From an uncultured Nitrososphaerota archaeon (lineage in GTDB: Archaea; Thermoproteota; Nitrososphaeria; Nitrososphaerales; Gagatemarchaeaceae): 64,000 nucleotides of DNA. The position numbers and the translations under genes are program-made. Below the pieces are notes generated by a model. That model was not told where the DNA came from. It saw nothing but the letters and a program-made list of their open reading frames with translations, and did not search any database. This document shows positions 30,805 to 42,760 of the stretch, piece by piece. Within the stretch, counting starts at the first letter, position 1. Each line of letters opens with the position of its first letter. Location of the stretch: the NCBI GenBank assembly GCA_963718895.1, contig CAVRAG010000007.1:352001-416000 (forward strand), written 5' to 3'.

Positions 30805-31605
30805 CTAGCGCAACAGAGTCTCGTAGAGAGAGTAGAGCTTCTTGACGACGACCTCAGGCCGGTTCTTCTCCGGAAGCTTGTCGTACACGCCCTCGGGTCT
30901 TATGACCTTGCATCCGACCGCGAGGGCCTCGAGGCCGGCCTTGCTAAGGCAGTCGAGCCTGATGTTCCTGTTGTACCAGTCCCGCTTCACGTCTATGTAG
31001 TACTCGAACCTCGCCAGGTACTCGGGGAACTTGACGTGGTCTATCGGGTTCGCCTGGCTGTCGTGGATGGTGAGGGTCACGTCGTGGTCCTTCGCGAGCC
31101 TCTCGGCCAGCTCGTCCTCGCCGAACTTGATGTAGAGGGCCGTCCCGCGGACCGGACTCGCCCCTGTGGGACGGAAGATGTCGGTGTCGACGGGCGTCTC
31201 GCTGACCTGGACGTTGGGAGGGGCGTTCTTCAGCTGGTCGGACCCGAAGATGAGGATGCTGTCGGCTCGCTTCCACCTGCTCTCTGACTTCGACCAGAGC
31301 TCCGTCTGGCCGACCCCGTGGTAGTGGAGGACGACCGGCTTTGAGCGGTAGAGATTCTTCAGGGGCGGGACGATCTTGTCGAGGCTGTGGACGTGGATGA
31401 GGTCGTACTTCCTGGCCTCGATGAGTGCCTTGAGGACGAACGTCCTGGCGCCGACGTCCCAGGATTCCCCGTAGGTCGCGGTGAAGTTGAACTTGTCGAA
31501 GGCCTTCCTCATCACCACCTGGGACCGAGTCCCGCAGTTCCTGTCCATGTGCTTGGCGATGACGCTCGAGACCCCGGAGACGTTCCAGACGTGCAGGATC
31601 TTCAT
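30805..31605 (-). CDS. Glycosyltransferase, GT4-like
   Basis: MKILHV, YDLIHVH, VLHYHG, PVDTDIF, GLEALAVGCKVI. Confidence 0.85.
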   Translation of the reverse strand: MKILHVWNVSGVSSVIAKHMDRNCGTRSQVVMRKAFDKFNFTATYGESWDVGARTFVLKALIEARKYDLIHVHSLDKIVPPLKNLYRSKPVVLHYHGVGQTELWSKSESRWKRADSILIFGSDQLKNAPPNVQVSETPVDTDIFRPTGASPVRGTALYIKFGEDELAERLAKDHDVTLTIHDSQANPIDHVKFPEYLARFEYYIDVKRDWYNRNIRLDCLSKAGLEALAVGCKVIRPEGVYDKLPEKNRPEVVVKKLYSLYETLLR

Positions 31606-31734
31606 TGCAGTCAACACCCTCGCTTCCTGTCTGCTATGAGAACGGAACGCCGGTCAAGGCGACGCTCTTGGAACTCCGCCCCATCGTTTCTCAGGCCGCT
31701 CCGACGCTCCAAGTTATTTAAGGAAAGTGAGTGC

Positions 31735-32580
31735 TCAGGCGACCCGCTTGGCGACGTCCGCCCACCTGAAGTGAAGCGCGGCGATGATTATCGCGCCGAG
31801 GGCGAAGGCCAGGATCAGCCCGACGGAGAAGGGGATGGATGTCTCGCTTGCGCCTGAGCCGATGAAAGTCAGCACCGAAAGAGCCTCCGCCGGCAGGCCG
31901 GGGTGGCTCACGAGGTACGGGAGGGAGCTCACGGGGGTCGTCGGGAGATAGGCGTTAATCTGCTGGTAGAACCCGTTACCGGTCAGCTCGAAGATCACCC
32001 TGAGGTATATCCCGGCTATCTCGCTGGTGAAGTAGACCGCCGAGGCCAGGACGTAGGAGAGCGAGGACCGTCTCACGAGCTCGCCGGACATGAAGGCGAC
32101 CGAGTAGAAGACTATCGACGAGAAGATCTGGGATATGACCACTATAGGGAGGACGCCGAGCCCGAGCTGCGTCCCGAAGCTGAGCGTGGCGGAGGTGACG
32201 CTGAGCGTGGCGTTCAGCAGGATGACCACCGTCAGGAGGAGGAAGCCGCCCGAGAACTTGCCGAAGAAGAACTCCTCCCTGCTCACCGGCTTGGCGAGGA
32301 GCACCTCGGCCGTCCCCTGCTCGTACTCCTCGGACATCGAGCCCGCGGAGATGAGCAGGGCGGTGAAGGGGAGGAAGAACCCCTGCGGGACGAATATCCC
32401 GAGGACCCAGAGGTAGGGGTCGTCGACGACCGGGAAGAGCGTCGGTCCGCTCGACCTGAGCAGGTAGTAGGGGATGGTGTCGATGAGTATCGTGAGCACG
32501 ACGAGGGCGAGGACCTTCTTCCGGGCGACGGCCCTGCGCACCTCGTAGAGGGCGAACGCCCAGACCTTGTAGAGGTTCAG
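31735..32580 (-). CDS. ABC-2 type transporter permease
   Basis: SMSEEYEQGT..VLLAKPVSR..FFFGKF; about 6 TM helices; frame open upstream to a CTG at 32580. Confidence 0.88.
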   Translation of the reverse strand: MNLYKVWAFALYEVRRAVARKKVLALVVLTILIDTIPYYLLRSSGPTLFPVVDDPYLWVLGIFVPQGFFLPFTALLISAGSMSEEYEQGTAEVLLAKPVSREEFFFGKFSGGFLLLTVVILLNATLSVTSATLSFGTQLGLGVLPIVVISQIFSSIVFYSVAFMSGELVRRSSLSYVLASAVYFTSEIAGIYLRVIFELTGNGFYQQINAYLPTTPVSSLPYLVSHPGLPAEALSVLTFIGSGASETSIPFSVGLILAFALGAIIIAALHFRWADVAKRVA

Positions 32581-33511
32581 GGTCCCGACCTCCGGATAGA
32601 GGCGAGGTAGGCCTCGTCGAGCTCGCTCCTGGAGTAGCCGATCGAGAGCAGGCTCGCCCCCGACCCCACAACCGCCTTGGAGATCTCGCCGCGGACGTCG
32701 CGCCCCTTCTCGACCTGGACCGTGAATCCGAGGGGTGTCGCCGTCACGGCGGTCACGCCCGGGATCCTTCGAACCTCACGCCATGAGGTCCTCGGACGGG
32801 CTGGGGACCTCGACCTGCGACCAGGCGGGTGTCGAGGGAGCTCGAGATGAACTCCTGGATCTGGCCACGGAAGATCAGCCTGCCGGAGTGGATGACCGCC
32901 AGGCTGTCGCAGAGCGACTCGACCTCCGACATGATGTGGGAGGACATGACTATCGTGCCTCCGCCCCGGGCGAACTCCCTGAAGAGCGACCTGAAGTGGA
33001 GGGCGCCGGCGGGGTCTATGCCGATCATGGGCTCGTCGAGTATGAGAAGGGAGGGCGAGCCGAGCATAGCCTGGGCGACGCTCAGCCTCTGCACCATCCC
33101 CTTGCTGAGCTTCCCTATCTTCTGGTCCTGGTACTCCGAGAGCCCGACGGACCCGAGGACCGAGGGTATCTGCTCCCTCAGCGCGGCGGAGCTCAGCCCG
33201 AGCTCCTTCCCGACGAGCTCGAGAAGCTCAGTAGGGGACATGAACGTCTGGAGGTTGGGAAGCTCCGGCGAGTAGCCGACGCTGGCGAGGGCCTTCACGT
33301 GGTCGCTGATCGGGTTCAGCCCCATGGTCCGCACGGTCCCCGAAGAGGGGCGGGAGAGCCCCAGGGCGAGGCGGATCGAGGTGGACTTGCCTGAGCCGTT
33401 CGGCCCGAGGAGCCCCACGACCTCGCCCTGCTTCACGGAGAAGGTGATGGGGCCGATCTTCTTCGAGCCGTAGTCCTTGACTGCCTCCTCGAATCGCAAG
33501 ACGTCTTCCAA
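32577..33511 (-). CDS. ABC-2 type transporter ATP-binding protein (frameshift about 32815)
   Basis: GPNGSGKST, LSKGMVQRL, LILDEP, SSH; shifted C-terminus ends ...ELDEAYLASIRRSGP at TGA 32577-32579. Confidence 0.9.
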
Positions 33512-33547
33512 TCAGAGTCCCAACTGGAGCTGCAGGTCAGGAGGCTA

Positions 33548-34388
33548 CTAGTCGACCGAGTACTCTGGCTTGGCCTGCGCGCTGGGCTGGTGCTTGTGCC
33601 TGTACCGCACGCCCAGGGCAAGGGCCAGCACCGAGACAACCGCTCCGGCTCCTATCCCAATCGAGGCCGCCTGCTCCGTCGCCGAAGAGCTAGGGCCTGA
33701 GAGGGGGAGGGAGGTCGAGAGGAGCGTAAGAGCCAGAGTCACCGTTCCCGAGGGTGCGGCAGCCAGCTGCAGCGAGGGAATCCGCCTTCAAGGGACCCAA
33801 GGCCACCCGACATGTTGAGGCCGGGGATGACGAGACCCTGCCCGCTCAGCCCCTGGAGGGCTCCGAGACCCGACAGGCTCGGGATGGGGGCGCTGAACTT
33901 TACCGAGTAGATGAGCCCGGATGGGAACGTGGAGAGCGCGCCGCTTATCGTCTCGGTCGTCCCGTTGCCGTTGATCTTGGCTGTCAGGGCATAGCTTGTC
34001 AATTCGTAACCCTTGCCCTGGAACTGGATCGAGGTAGAACCGTTCTTGAGGATCGAGAGCGCAGACGCTATTCGAGCCCGACGTGTAGCTCAAGCTCTGG
34101 TTGGTGACCGACGGCAGCAGTGGTGACACTTCCGAGGACGAGTTTATCGACCGGGAGTAGCTGAAGCGTGGAGTTCCCAGAGACGACGCTCAGAACCAGC
34201 TGGTCGTACTTCGCGTTCGAGGTGGCCGAGACCGACTCGTTGACCGTGATGGCGTGCGTCGTCCCCATGTATGAGACCTGGACGCTGTAGGCCGCATAGC
34301 CCGGAGTCGCAGCACTCGCCGTGCCCACGGCCCCGAAGAGGAGCACCGCCAACGCAAGTGCGGGGAGGACAGCCTCTGTCCGTTTCAT
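33548..34388 (-). CDS. Secreted, C-terminally anchored Ser/Thr-rich protein (frameshifted)
   Basis: Signal peptide MKRTEAVLPALALAVLLFGAVGTASA; fragments 34068..34388, 33788..34129, 33739..34002 and 33548..33742 end in a TM helix plus basic tail; upstream of the ABC-2 pair. Confidence 0.7.
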
Positions 34389-34689
34389 AGAAAACCCGGA
34401 CATCGGCTTCGATAAAAGGCTTCCCGGAGTGGTTTTGGATGTAAGGAACTGCCTCAGCCGACTCATCCCAGTTTCCTACACGATTCCGACAGCCCGAGAC
34501 TTTCGGAACTCGCACCGGAAGGAACTGAAGGGAGGCTGAAACGGGGTTCTTCACCCTGAACGAGGAATGGCCTCCATAGATCGGACCATACTCTGAGTGC
34601 CCATCGGCAAGGGCATTTGTTTTTAATCGATACGAGAGAAACATGCCTTGAAGAGCTTAGCTAAAAGAGGGAACAATCATGGTCAGCGA

Positions 34690-35502
34690 GTGGGAGATAC
34701 TCAGGCGAAGGTCCTCAGCGAGAACCTCAAAGTTCACAAGATAGAGGCACCATACTACGAACAACTTCACCACGAGATATTCAATCGCATAGAGCAAGCG
34801 AGACTGAAACGAAGCTTAGCTAGGCACCTCGAAGAACCAAGAGGACTACGAGTCCTTGACTACGGCTGTGGAACGGGAAACTTAACGAGGGCGCTCGTAC
34901 ATATTGGGGCTATTGTGACTGCGGCAGACATTTCGCCCGAGATGATTGCCTTGACACAGGCAAACCTCAGCAAGGAAATACAAGCAGGGTTGGTACAGAC
35001 CCTCATTCTAGGCGCGGACCATTGGCTATTGGCAAGTTTGATTGTGTTGCAATGTATTCCGTCCTTCACCATCTTTATGACCCCGTTGGGGCTGTCAGTG
35101 ATCTCGCCACTCGCATTTCTCCCCAAGGGACAATTCTGATAGAGCACGAATTCAATCCGGGATTCTCTAATCTTGCCCACACACGCTTCTTCCACTTCTA
35201 CGAACTTAGTTGCTATCTTCTCAATAAACTGTGGGAGTTGGGTGTCAAAATGGCGCGAGGGGTCTCGACCCCAGAATTGAGGTACTCTTATGTGTGGTCT
35301 GATTATGGAGCACAAGAAGAGACACGAATTCCATGGGCGAACCTCGTACTCGCAATGGAGCGTCTGGGCTTCCAGATGGAAACAGACAGATACATGGTGT
35401 CTAAGAACTCGAATTCCGAATCCAATCTACATGATCTGCAGATGGTTTCTTGCTGACACGATGACAGTCATTTTTAGGCGAACCAACTACACGCGAGGTT
35501 AA
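34690..35502 (+). CDS. Class I SAM-dependent methyltransferase (frameshifted)
   Basis: VLDYGCGTG, ADISPEMI, FDCVAMYSVLHHL..P across ORFs 34648..35139 and 35022..35456. Confidence 0.82.
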
Positions 35503-35778
35503 GAGATGAAGGGTGGCTTCTAGGGTGTCTTCTGATTGACCTTCTGACCAAGTTATTGAGTACATTCTTTGGAAGGTAGCCGGGCGAAAACAATCTTGCT
35601 GATGATGTTGAAGACTCGATCAAGAACTCCCTATTCCCGTTCTCGCGGAGCACTAGGTTTCACCTGGCAAGCCCGATCTTTAAGCCCGAGCGTTTGGAGA
35701 GCATTCACAACTGTCCCAATCAAGGCACACTTTTTGATTGATTTAGATAGGACCGTTTCTGTCGGAAAGTTTTGGCGA

Positions 35779-36805
35779 ATGAAGCTAGCGTTCATCAGCA
35801 GTCAAGGTAGAGGAGGAGTCGCAGCAAGTGATTCCGCTCTGATTAGAGGCCTCACGAAGGAAAAAATTGATGTCCAGGTCCTCCCAGCTGGGAACGACCT
35901 GCTGACCAAGCTTCTGAGAGATGCCTCGTTTGTTCATTCCTTTCACGCGTTTGACAGGGTTCTGTATTCAGGTTCGACTCCGTGGATCAGTAACCTTGTC
36001 CCACGTGCCGTTAAGAGAGCGCTCTTCGTCCACGGCTTTGTACACGGCGAACTAGTGAATTCCTTCAAGCACGGGAAGGCATCGACTAGGGCCGGAAGCA
36101 TTGTCGATTTGGCCAGATGGCAGTTCTTCAAGTTGACTGACAATATCGAGTTCGTGGCGACACACAGCAAGTCAACGTATGAGATCCTGGGGATGTCGAC
36201 TCCCGTCTCCCAGTTCTCCAATTCGTCTTTGAGGAGGATTTGGTAGAAAGTGATGAGGGTGGCTGGGACGACAATCAACCAACGAGGGTTAGGATAGTGA
36301 CATACACGTCCTTGGTGGAATCACCCCGCCTCCTGAAATCAAATCAGTTGGAGGAAATAGCCGCGGGCCTCTGCAAGACGCGTCAACAGAGAGTTTGAAC
36401 TGGTGGTTGTGGGTCCTTCGAGATTGCGCGAATCCAGTCACATAAGGCGTTTGGATTTCATGAAGCGATTGGAGTTCTTGAGATTGCTTTCATCATCGGA
36501 CGTCCTTCTTGAATGCTGTACTGATGAGGAACTAGGGATTGGCAGTCTTGAAGAGGGCATTCAAGAACGTCCCAGTGGCAAAGATTATGAGACGATCCTG
36601 TCTTAGGGAGAAAAGACTACACTGACGACGATGTCATCGTCAGCACATCCATGCCCGAGTTTGTTGAGAGCTTAGCAACGTATGTCGAAGACATCAATCG
36701 ACAGAAAGAATATCGAGTGGATGGAGATTTCGTAACTTCCTTGCAACGAAGAGAACGTGGAATTCTGTCAAGGGGCAACTTCTTGAGGCCCTGTCGAGCA
36801 ACTAG
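35779..36805 (+). CDS. Divergent GT-B glycosyltransferase (frameshifted)
   Basis: MKLAFISSQGRGG, LFVHG, then LVVVGP, LLSSSDVLL...EELGIGSLE (E-x7-E-like). Confidence 0.65.
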
Positions 36806-37084
36806 GGAGGGGTCTACCATTTGCCACTTGGGTGATCGTCACCCCCACGATGGTTAGAATCATCCCTGTCGTAACTCGAAGGTGACTCGACAAGATATTA
36901 CGTCGGAAGCAACCCTGTCAGCGGCTTTTTCATATCCCCTAGTGCGCTCGATGTCGGCGCCTTCCCCTTCGGAAATAGCCTCACATCGCATCCGCGAGCT
37001 CCCGCGGGCCCTCTCCTTGAGCTCCCGAACGAAGAGTTTATGACCGTCCCGCACAACAAGGTTCTCGTTTCTGCTCCCCATATG

Positions 37085-38810
37085 GTTTAGCATGATCGAT
37101 CAGTAAGTCCAAGATAATGAGACCTTATAGTGTGAAGCTATTGGTCCAATCAGCCAGACTCATTGACGTCACTGTGAAGGGGAAGAGCCCGGCAGTCTCA
37201 TTCTGGGGTTGGACAAGCTGCTGAAAGTAGCCCGGGAAAGCCGAGAAAGGCGCAGAGCCGTTTCCCACGCGTACCTCCACGGTTGACCACATATCTGAGT
37301 AGAATTGACTCGCACTGATGTTGTCAACGGACTGAGATACTGGGAGCGGGGAGAGAAGACTCTTAGGTTCCTTAAATCTTGAACACCTGGGGTCAAAGTC
37401 GACCGATACGGGATTCCCAGCATATATGCAGGTGACCCATTCAGATTCGCCTGCATGAAGTTTCTCACTTCAACCGCATTCGTCCCGGTGGAGAGGTAGA
37501 AGGTGTCATCCGGAAGGAAATGGACCGGCGAGGTTGCGAACGCCCCCCAAGCGGGTACAGGGAAAATCATGAACACAACGAATAAGGCGAGACAAGACGA
37601 GACTCGTCTCCGACTCTTGGTTAGACGAGAGAAGACGAAGGGAGCCGCCAAGAAGAAGGCTGGTAGCGAGGTATTCGCTAGTTGGACTACCTCTCCCGAA
37701 ACCAGATATGAGAATGAGTGGTACCCAGGTTGCAGCGCATAGTAGTAGGATGTTCCGAGATAGGATATGAGAGCGACCGCAGAAGAGGAGCAAAAGCAAG
37801 GCCAGCCTGTCCCTCCCAAATAGCGCGCGCCTCAAGAGAAGTACTAATCCGACCGCCCCAATCACACCAGCAATTGGGCCCCAGCCACCTGCGATGCCTA
37901 CTAAAAAGAACGAGGCAGTCCATAGGATAGGGGATGAACCAAGTGCTCACAATCTTGGTTGTAGTACTGATAGTTGTAATGGTACTTGAGCTGACGTTAC
38001 CAAGAGTCGTGGTGATGGTCTGGGTGATGGTCGTGGTGATGGTCGACGGCGTGCTCGAGGCAAGGGGACCGACGGTCAAGGAGAGTGCTGAGTGGGGAAG
38101 GCTAAGAAGCACTCCAGTAGGCAATACAAAAGCGACGATTGAGAGGGTCAAGAGCAGCTTGAGTCTTGACCGGTGCATTGCGGCGTTATCGTCCCGCTTG
38201 AAGTAGGCCGCTAGGGCTATGATGGCGATGCCTCCAAGCGAATAGGCGATGTACGGCTCTCTTGAACCGGTTGATGCGCCGAAAGCTACTGCAGAAACGA
38301 ATGGGTAGATGAGGGTCCCTTTCCAGGTCTTCGATTGGTAGAACCTAATGAAGAAAGTAGATGCCCCACATTGCAGCAGCAAGGCCGACGGGTTCAGTCA
38401 AAAAGCGAGTTTGAATACGCAATGAAGGAAACAGCCATGAACGACGAAATCATCGCAAGGGCAGCGGTGACACCACCGAATCCCAGTCTGTGAAGAATGA
38501 GGTATATTGCGAAGAGTGTGAGGCTGGACCAGAAGAAACCATAGAAGGGAAGAAGTGTGGAGAATGAATCGACGCTGTTGATTCCAAAGGCCCTGAAGAT
38601 GACGATGTTGAAGCCGCCGAAGAACCACCGGTCGGTGTAAATCGCCCCTCCGAGGGCCTCGTTGTAATAGCGGAACGCATCGGAATCAAACAGGCCAGTG
38701 GTCCAGTATTCGTAAAACCTGAACGTGTAGAGTACGGAAAGGAGTCCTTGGGCCAAGAAGAGCGTCTTGGTCTCCAGAGAAAACGCTCGCAGTTTCACGT
38801 TTGAAACCAC
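37085..38810 (-). CDS. Multi-pass membrane protein, GT-C (ArnT/PMT-like) glycosyltransferase candidate; fragmented, 3' end approximate
   Basis: TM helix followed by loop DSDAFRY; later GSREPY; Thr-rich segment; ORFs 38394..38810, 37687..38382, 37506..37865 and 37169..37819. Confidence 0.55.
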
Positions 38811-38968
38811 GCAACGAATCGGGACCTGTGCACCACGGACATCCTAGCCTTCCTGTGAGGACCGGGTAGAGCGCATTCACCATATAGACATTCGAGGGAA
38901 ATCGGCCTGTTCTTAATCATCCCTCGAGTGGAATTCCGACAAGTGAGGTGTGATTCAATCCATTAACT

Positions 38969-40031
38969 CTATTGACCTCCAGAGGACGAAATCCTCATTT
39001 CCGACCTTCGACTACTTTGACGGATATCTTCGATAAGCTTCACGAGAATAGGAGATATGCAGCCACCTCCTTGTGAGCACCGAGCGGCTGGAACACAAGC
39101 TTTCACGCCTTGCCGAGCAACAGGCTCCTCACACTCGATGAAGATGCTTATGATCTTGGCCCCCTCCCCAGCTATTCCCTCAGGAATGACCCGAGTTCGA
39201 ATTAAGGAACGGAAGAAGAAACAAGGCAGCATAAAGATCGATTTCCACCCATAGAACCTAATCAGAAACAGCGAATGGTTACGCAACTCGTAGTAGCCGC
39301 TTCGGACCTTCGATTTTCTCGTGCCCCCCTCGGTAGCTCTATCGTGCACCGCAACGGCCCATAGATTGGTAGAATATCATGTATCCTGCTCTGCGAACTC
39401 TATAGTAGAAGTCGGTTTCCTCTCGGTAGCTTGTTCCACGATAATATCTCCAATCGTATCCGCCGACTCTTCGGAAGACTTCTGAGGGTATCTAGGGAAC
39501 AAGAGTGCAAAGCGGGAACTTGGACCAACCCTGCCTTTTCGCTGCTGAAGTTCGAGTAAATAATCCCAGTGAATGGACTTGTTTCAACAATACGATCATC
39601 CGATTTGATTCGGACTCTTGCGGTAGGCCTCTATCAGTCTGGGCGCCACCGCCCCTACACGGTGTCCCTCCTTTGCAAGACAGTCGAAACCATCTATGAG
39701 ATTCAATAGACAGTCTGGTTCAAGAATCAAATCATCTTCGATAAAGAAGACGAAGTCCCCCTTCGCGAGCGAAACAGCGATGTTTCTGGACATGGGAAGC
39801 CCAACATTCGAATTATTCCGGTGGTACCTAATTCTTGGAATCGTTTTCCTCAGTTCGTCGACTATAATCGGCGTCTCGTCTGTACTTCCGTCGTCGATGA
39901 TTGAGTATTTCATAGTCGTCGTAGCTCTGCGAAATGACACTGTTGAGACACTTTCGTATATGGCTACTCCGATTGAACGTCGGCAAGGCGATTGTTACTC
40001 TAATGGGCCTAGTGGACATCGGCTTCGTCAT
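38969..40031 (-). CDS. Glycosyltransferase family 2 (frameshifted)
   Basis: IALPTFNRS, IIDDGSTD, SRNIAV...GDFVFFIEDD, YREETDF. Confidence 0.85.
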
Positions 40032-41041
40032 GTTGCAATGCCCTGCAGCCTCTTGTAAGCCATGAGATGGGCCGCGGCTGAACGACTCCAAGAATAACTG
40101 TCCCAGAACGTCGAATCACCGACGACAGTGTCACACCTCACGGATCTCGACATTAATCTGCCGATTGTCTTGGATAGCTCTTCGGGCGTACGACTTCTGT
40201 CCATCACGACACCCTTGTCACGAAGCTTAGCGATATCTGCGACATCACTTGAAACGACGGGCAAGCCGCAAGAAAGCGCTTCCAAGACAACGAGAGAGAA
40301 GCCCTCCACCTTGGAAACCTGAACAAGCACATCCGAAGCATTGTACACCCTCACCAAATCTTCCCTTTCGAGGTACCCCATGAGGCGCAGGTCAACGTTC
40401 AATTCCTTCGCTAGCTTGCTGATTCTGGTTTCGCTCGGTCCGCGACCGACAATCAGGGAGCGTTACATCGCGCAGTCTGGACACGGCTGTGACAAGTAGT
40501 TCATGGTTCTTGTGGGGAACGAGTCTGCCTACACTCAGAATTGTGAACTTGTTCAGACCGAGCCTGTCCCGAGCTTCCTTACGAAAACTCGAATCCTCTT
40601 TGAACAAGGACCTATCGATACCATCGAGGAGATGACCAGACTCTCTGGTTCTGCATTCCCAAGCCATGCGATGACCTGTCAGATGGGAGAATGATGAGGC
40701 TCGCCTGCGAACACGCAATCTTCTCGATTGGGTAAAATAATGAATCTCTCGGCTTGGGCGGTGCTCGGATACGAAATGGTGGAACGTCTCTACCTTAAGT
40801 CGGTGAATTGCGAGCATGCCACTTGCCTCATTGGAATGAACGATGTCGTAGGCCGAATAGTTACGAAACAGATTCCGGAGTATGAATAAGACAGGTGCCG
40901 ATGATCGGAATGTGCAAGTTCGTTGTGAAGACATCGACGACCGCACCTTCTTGTCGCAGACCTTCGACATAGGTCAAGAGAGTAGACCCCATATCCGTAC
41001 GAAGAATCACCATACCCATAGGTAATGTAAGCCACTCTCAA
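40028..41041 (-). CDS. Glycosyltransferase family 4 (frameshifted)
   Basis: YDIVHSN, SVGRLVPHKN, YNASDVLV...EGFSLVVLEALSCGLPVV. Confidence 0.85.
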
Positions 41042-41410
41042 GGGTTGACACCTGTGCTGAAGTGCATACTTGCCGTCAAGGCAATCTGAGATTTCGATGT
41101 GATGGGAGTTAAGGCTTCTGAGTCACGTCTGCTGTGCGTTCGTCTTTCATCAAATGAATAGCAACGACCTCGCAGTCTCACCCTGCTCCCAACACGGCTC
41201 CAGAACGTACTAGGAGCTCTTGGCCGCGCTTTCAACACGCCGGTCTTTTCCTGGACGACTTACACAACCCTCACCATGTTCTGTGCAGTGGTCCAATATT
41301 TCAGACCAATTAAATAACATCTTCATCGGGAACGAAATCCCCCCGCGCACCTAGCATCTAGTTCAATCAATAAGATAGTGAAAAATATCCCTCAACAGAG
41401 TTCTGGGGAG

Positions 41411-42657
41411 CTAATCATTCGATTTTGGTAGATTAGAGGAATCCAAGCACGCGCTAATCACTTCCTTGAGACAAGAATCCATCTTCTGCAAAGAGAACGC
41501 CCTCTCGAACAGTTTGAGAGCATCCAAACCCATGACATCTCTTGAGTTCATCTTCTTGCAAGAATAAAGTTGTGAGCGGTGTACATCAGCTCCTGGTGAC
41601 AAAACTACGCCGGCGTCATTCTCTGCGAATGAAATCTCCAGAAAGAAACCCATTGGCTAGGCAAATAATCGGCTTGCCATTCCTCAAATACTCGATCAGC
41701 TTAATCGGTAACGAGGCGTCAGGATAAGGACAATTCTTCATTGGTAGCAGGAATAAATCTGCCTGTGAGAGGAATGTGTCGAGTGCCGAAGCACTAAGTC
41801 GTCTCGAATGACAAGGTCACATTCGGCAGATTCAGGTCTTGATATTAGCGTCATTATCTCCCCACGTAATTCACCGTCCCATGCAGGACAACATGATGTC
41901 CGGACTTTCCCGCAAGATGTCGGCTGCGCTCAATAGGGTTTCGAAGTCGTAATTCTTTCCTAGGTTGCCTGAATACAGGGCAACAACGCCGGACCGGCTT
42001 CCCTTCGGAGGGTTGTCAGTCAAGCGTTGGGTCTTTTTTACCAAGCATTAGGAACAATGAAAACCCTCTTTAGATTCAATCTGTGTGGTTCGACAGCATT
42101 CTTGTCATGGAAGATGTCAAGGTTGTAACATAATCACTTTGTCGATACGCCACGTTGCAAACGGCATCTCCTAGAGTGTATCTCGTCCCAGATTGTACAT
42201 TCCCTGTGTTGACCAAGGCCTCCGGCCAAATGTCAGTGACGTCAGAGACGACCCCTCGCGCCAGTAAGACTCCTAACTAATACGGCTGGGAATGTCGAAA
42301 AGACCTTCATACTGAACGCCCAAACCACATCGAGATCTTAGTGCGAACAAGGACGCAAAGCAAGCACTAATCACGCGAACGAGGCGTAAAGCAGAATCCT
42401 GTTGATGCTGCCGTTGTGCGGCAAGGGGAGCACGATATTTTTCCGGATGACTTCTGTCGGTCCGTCGCTTTCCCTTGCGAAGAAGCGCAGTTTACGGCCT
42501 GATATCTTGTATCCTTTTGGATAGTGAGGGAACGAGGTTATCACGGTCACCCGGTGTGATAGACCGACTGTCAGCTCTTTGACCTGGTCTGAAGCCTCAG
42601 AACATCTCCATTCATGTCTGGGGGATAGTACTGGGAAATTATCAAGATTCTTGACAA
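41411..42657 (-). CDS. Glycosyltransferase family 4, WbuB-like (heavily frameshifted)
   Basis: Manual translation: SRILIISQYYPPD, TVITSFPHYPKG, DVTDIWPE, YSGNLG, LPIKLIEYLRNGKPII. Confidence 0.78.
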
Positions 42658-42760
42658 GTTCTCGTTCTCGGGGGATGCTGGTCAGTCTTGTTCGAACCAA
42701 GACTCCAAAGGGGACAGATGGGCCGGCCCGAGTTTTGAGGAGAGTCTTGAGGCAACGCCA

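Noticed and set aside
34531-34575. Hammerhead ribozyme (GAAAC ... CTGAACGAG)
   Set aside because: Core spacing is wrong (CTGAACGA rather than CTGANGA) and stem I cannot form.
37955-38055. Tandem DNA repeat or CRISPR-like array (GTGATGGTC units)
   Set aside because: These are codons of a Thr/Ile-rich protein tract; there is no repeat-spacer structure.
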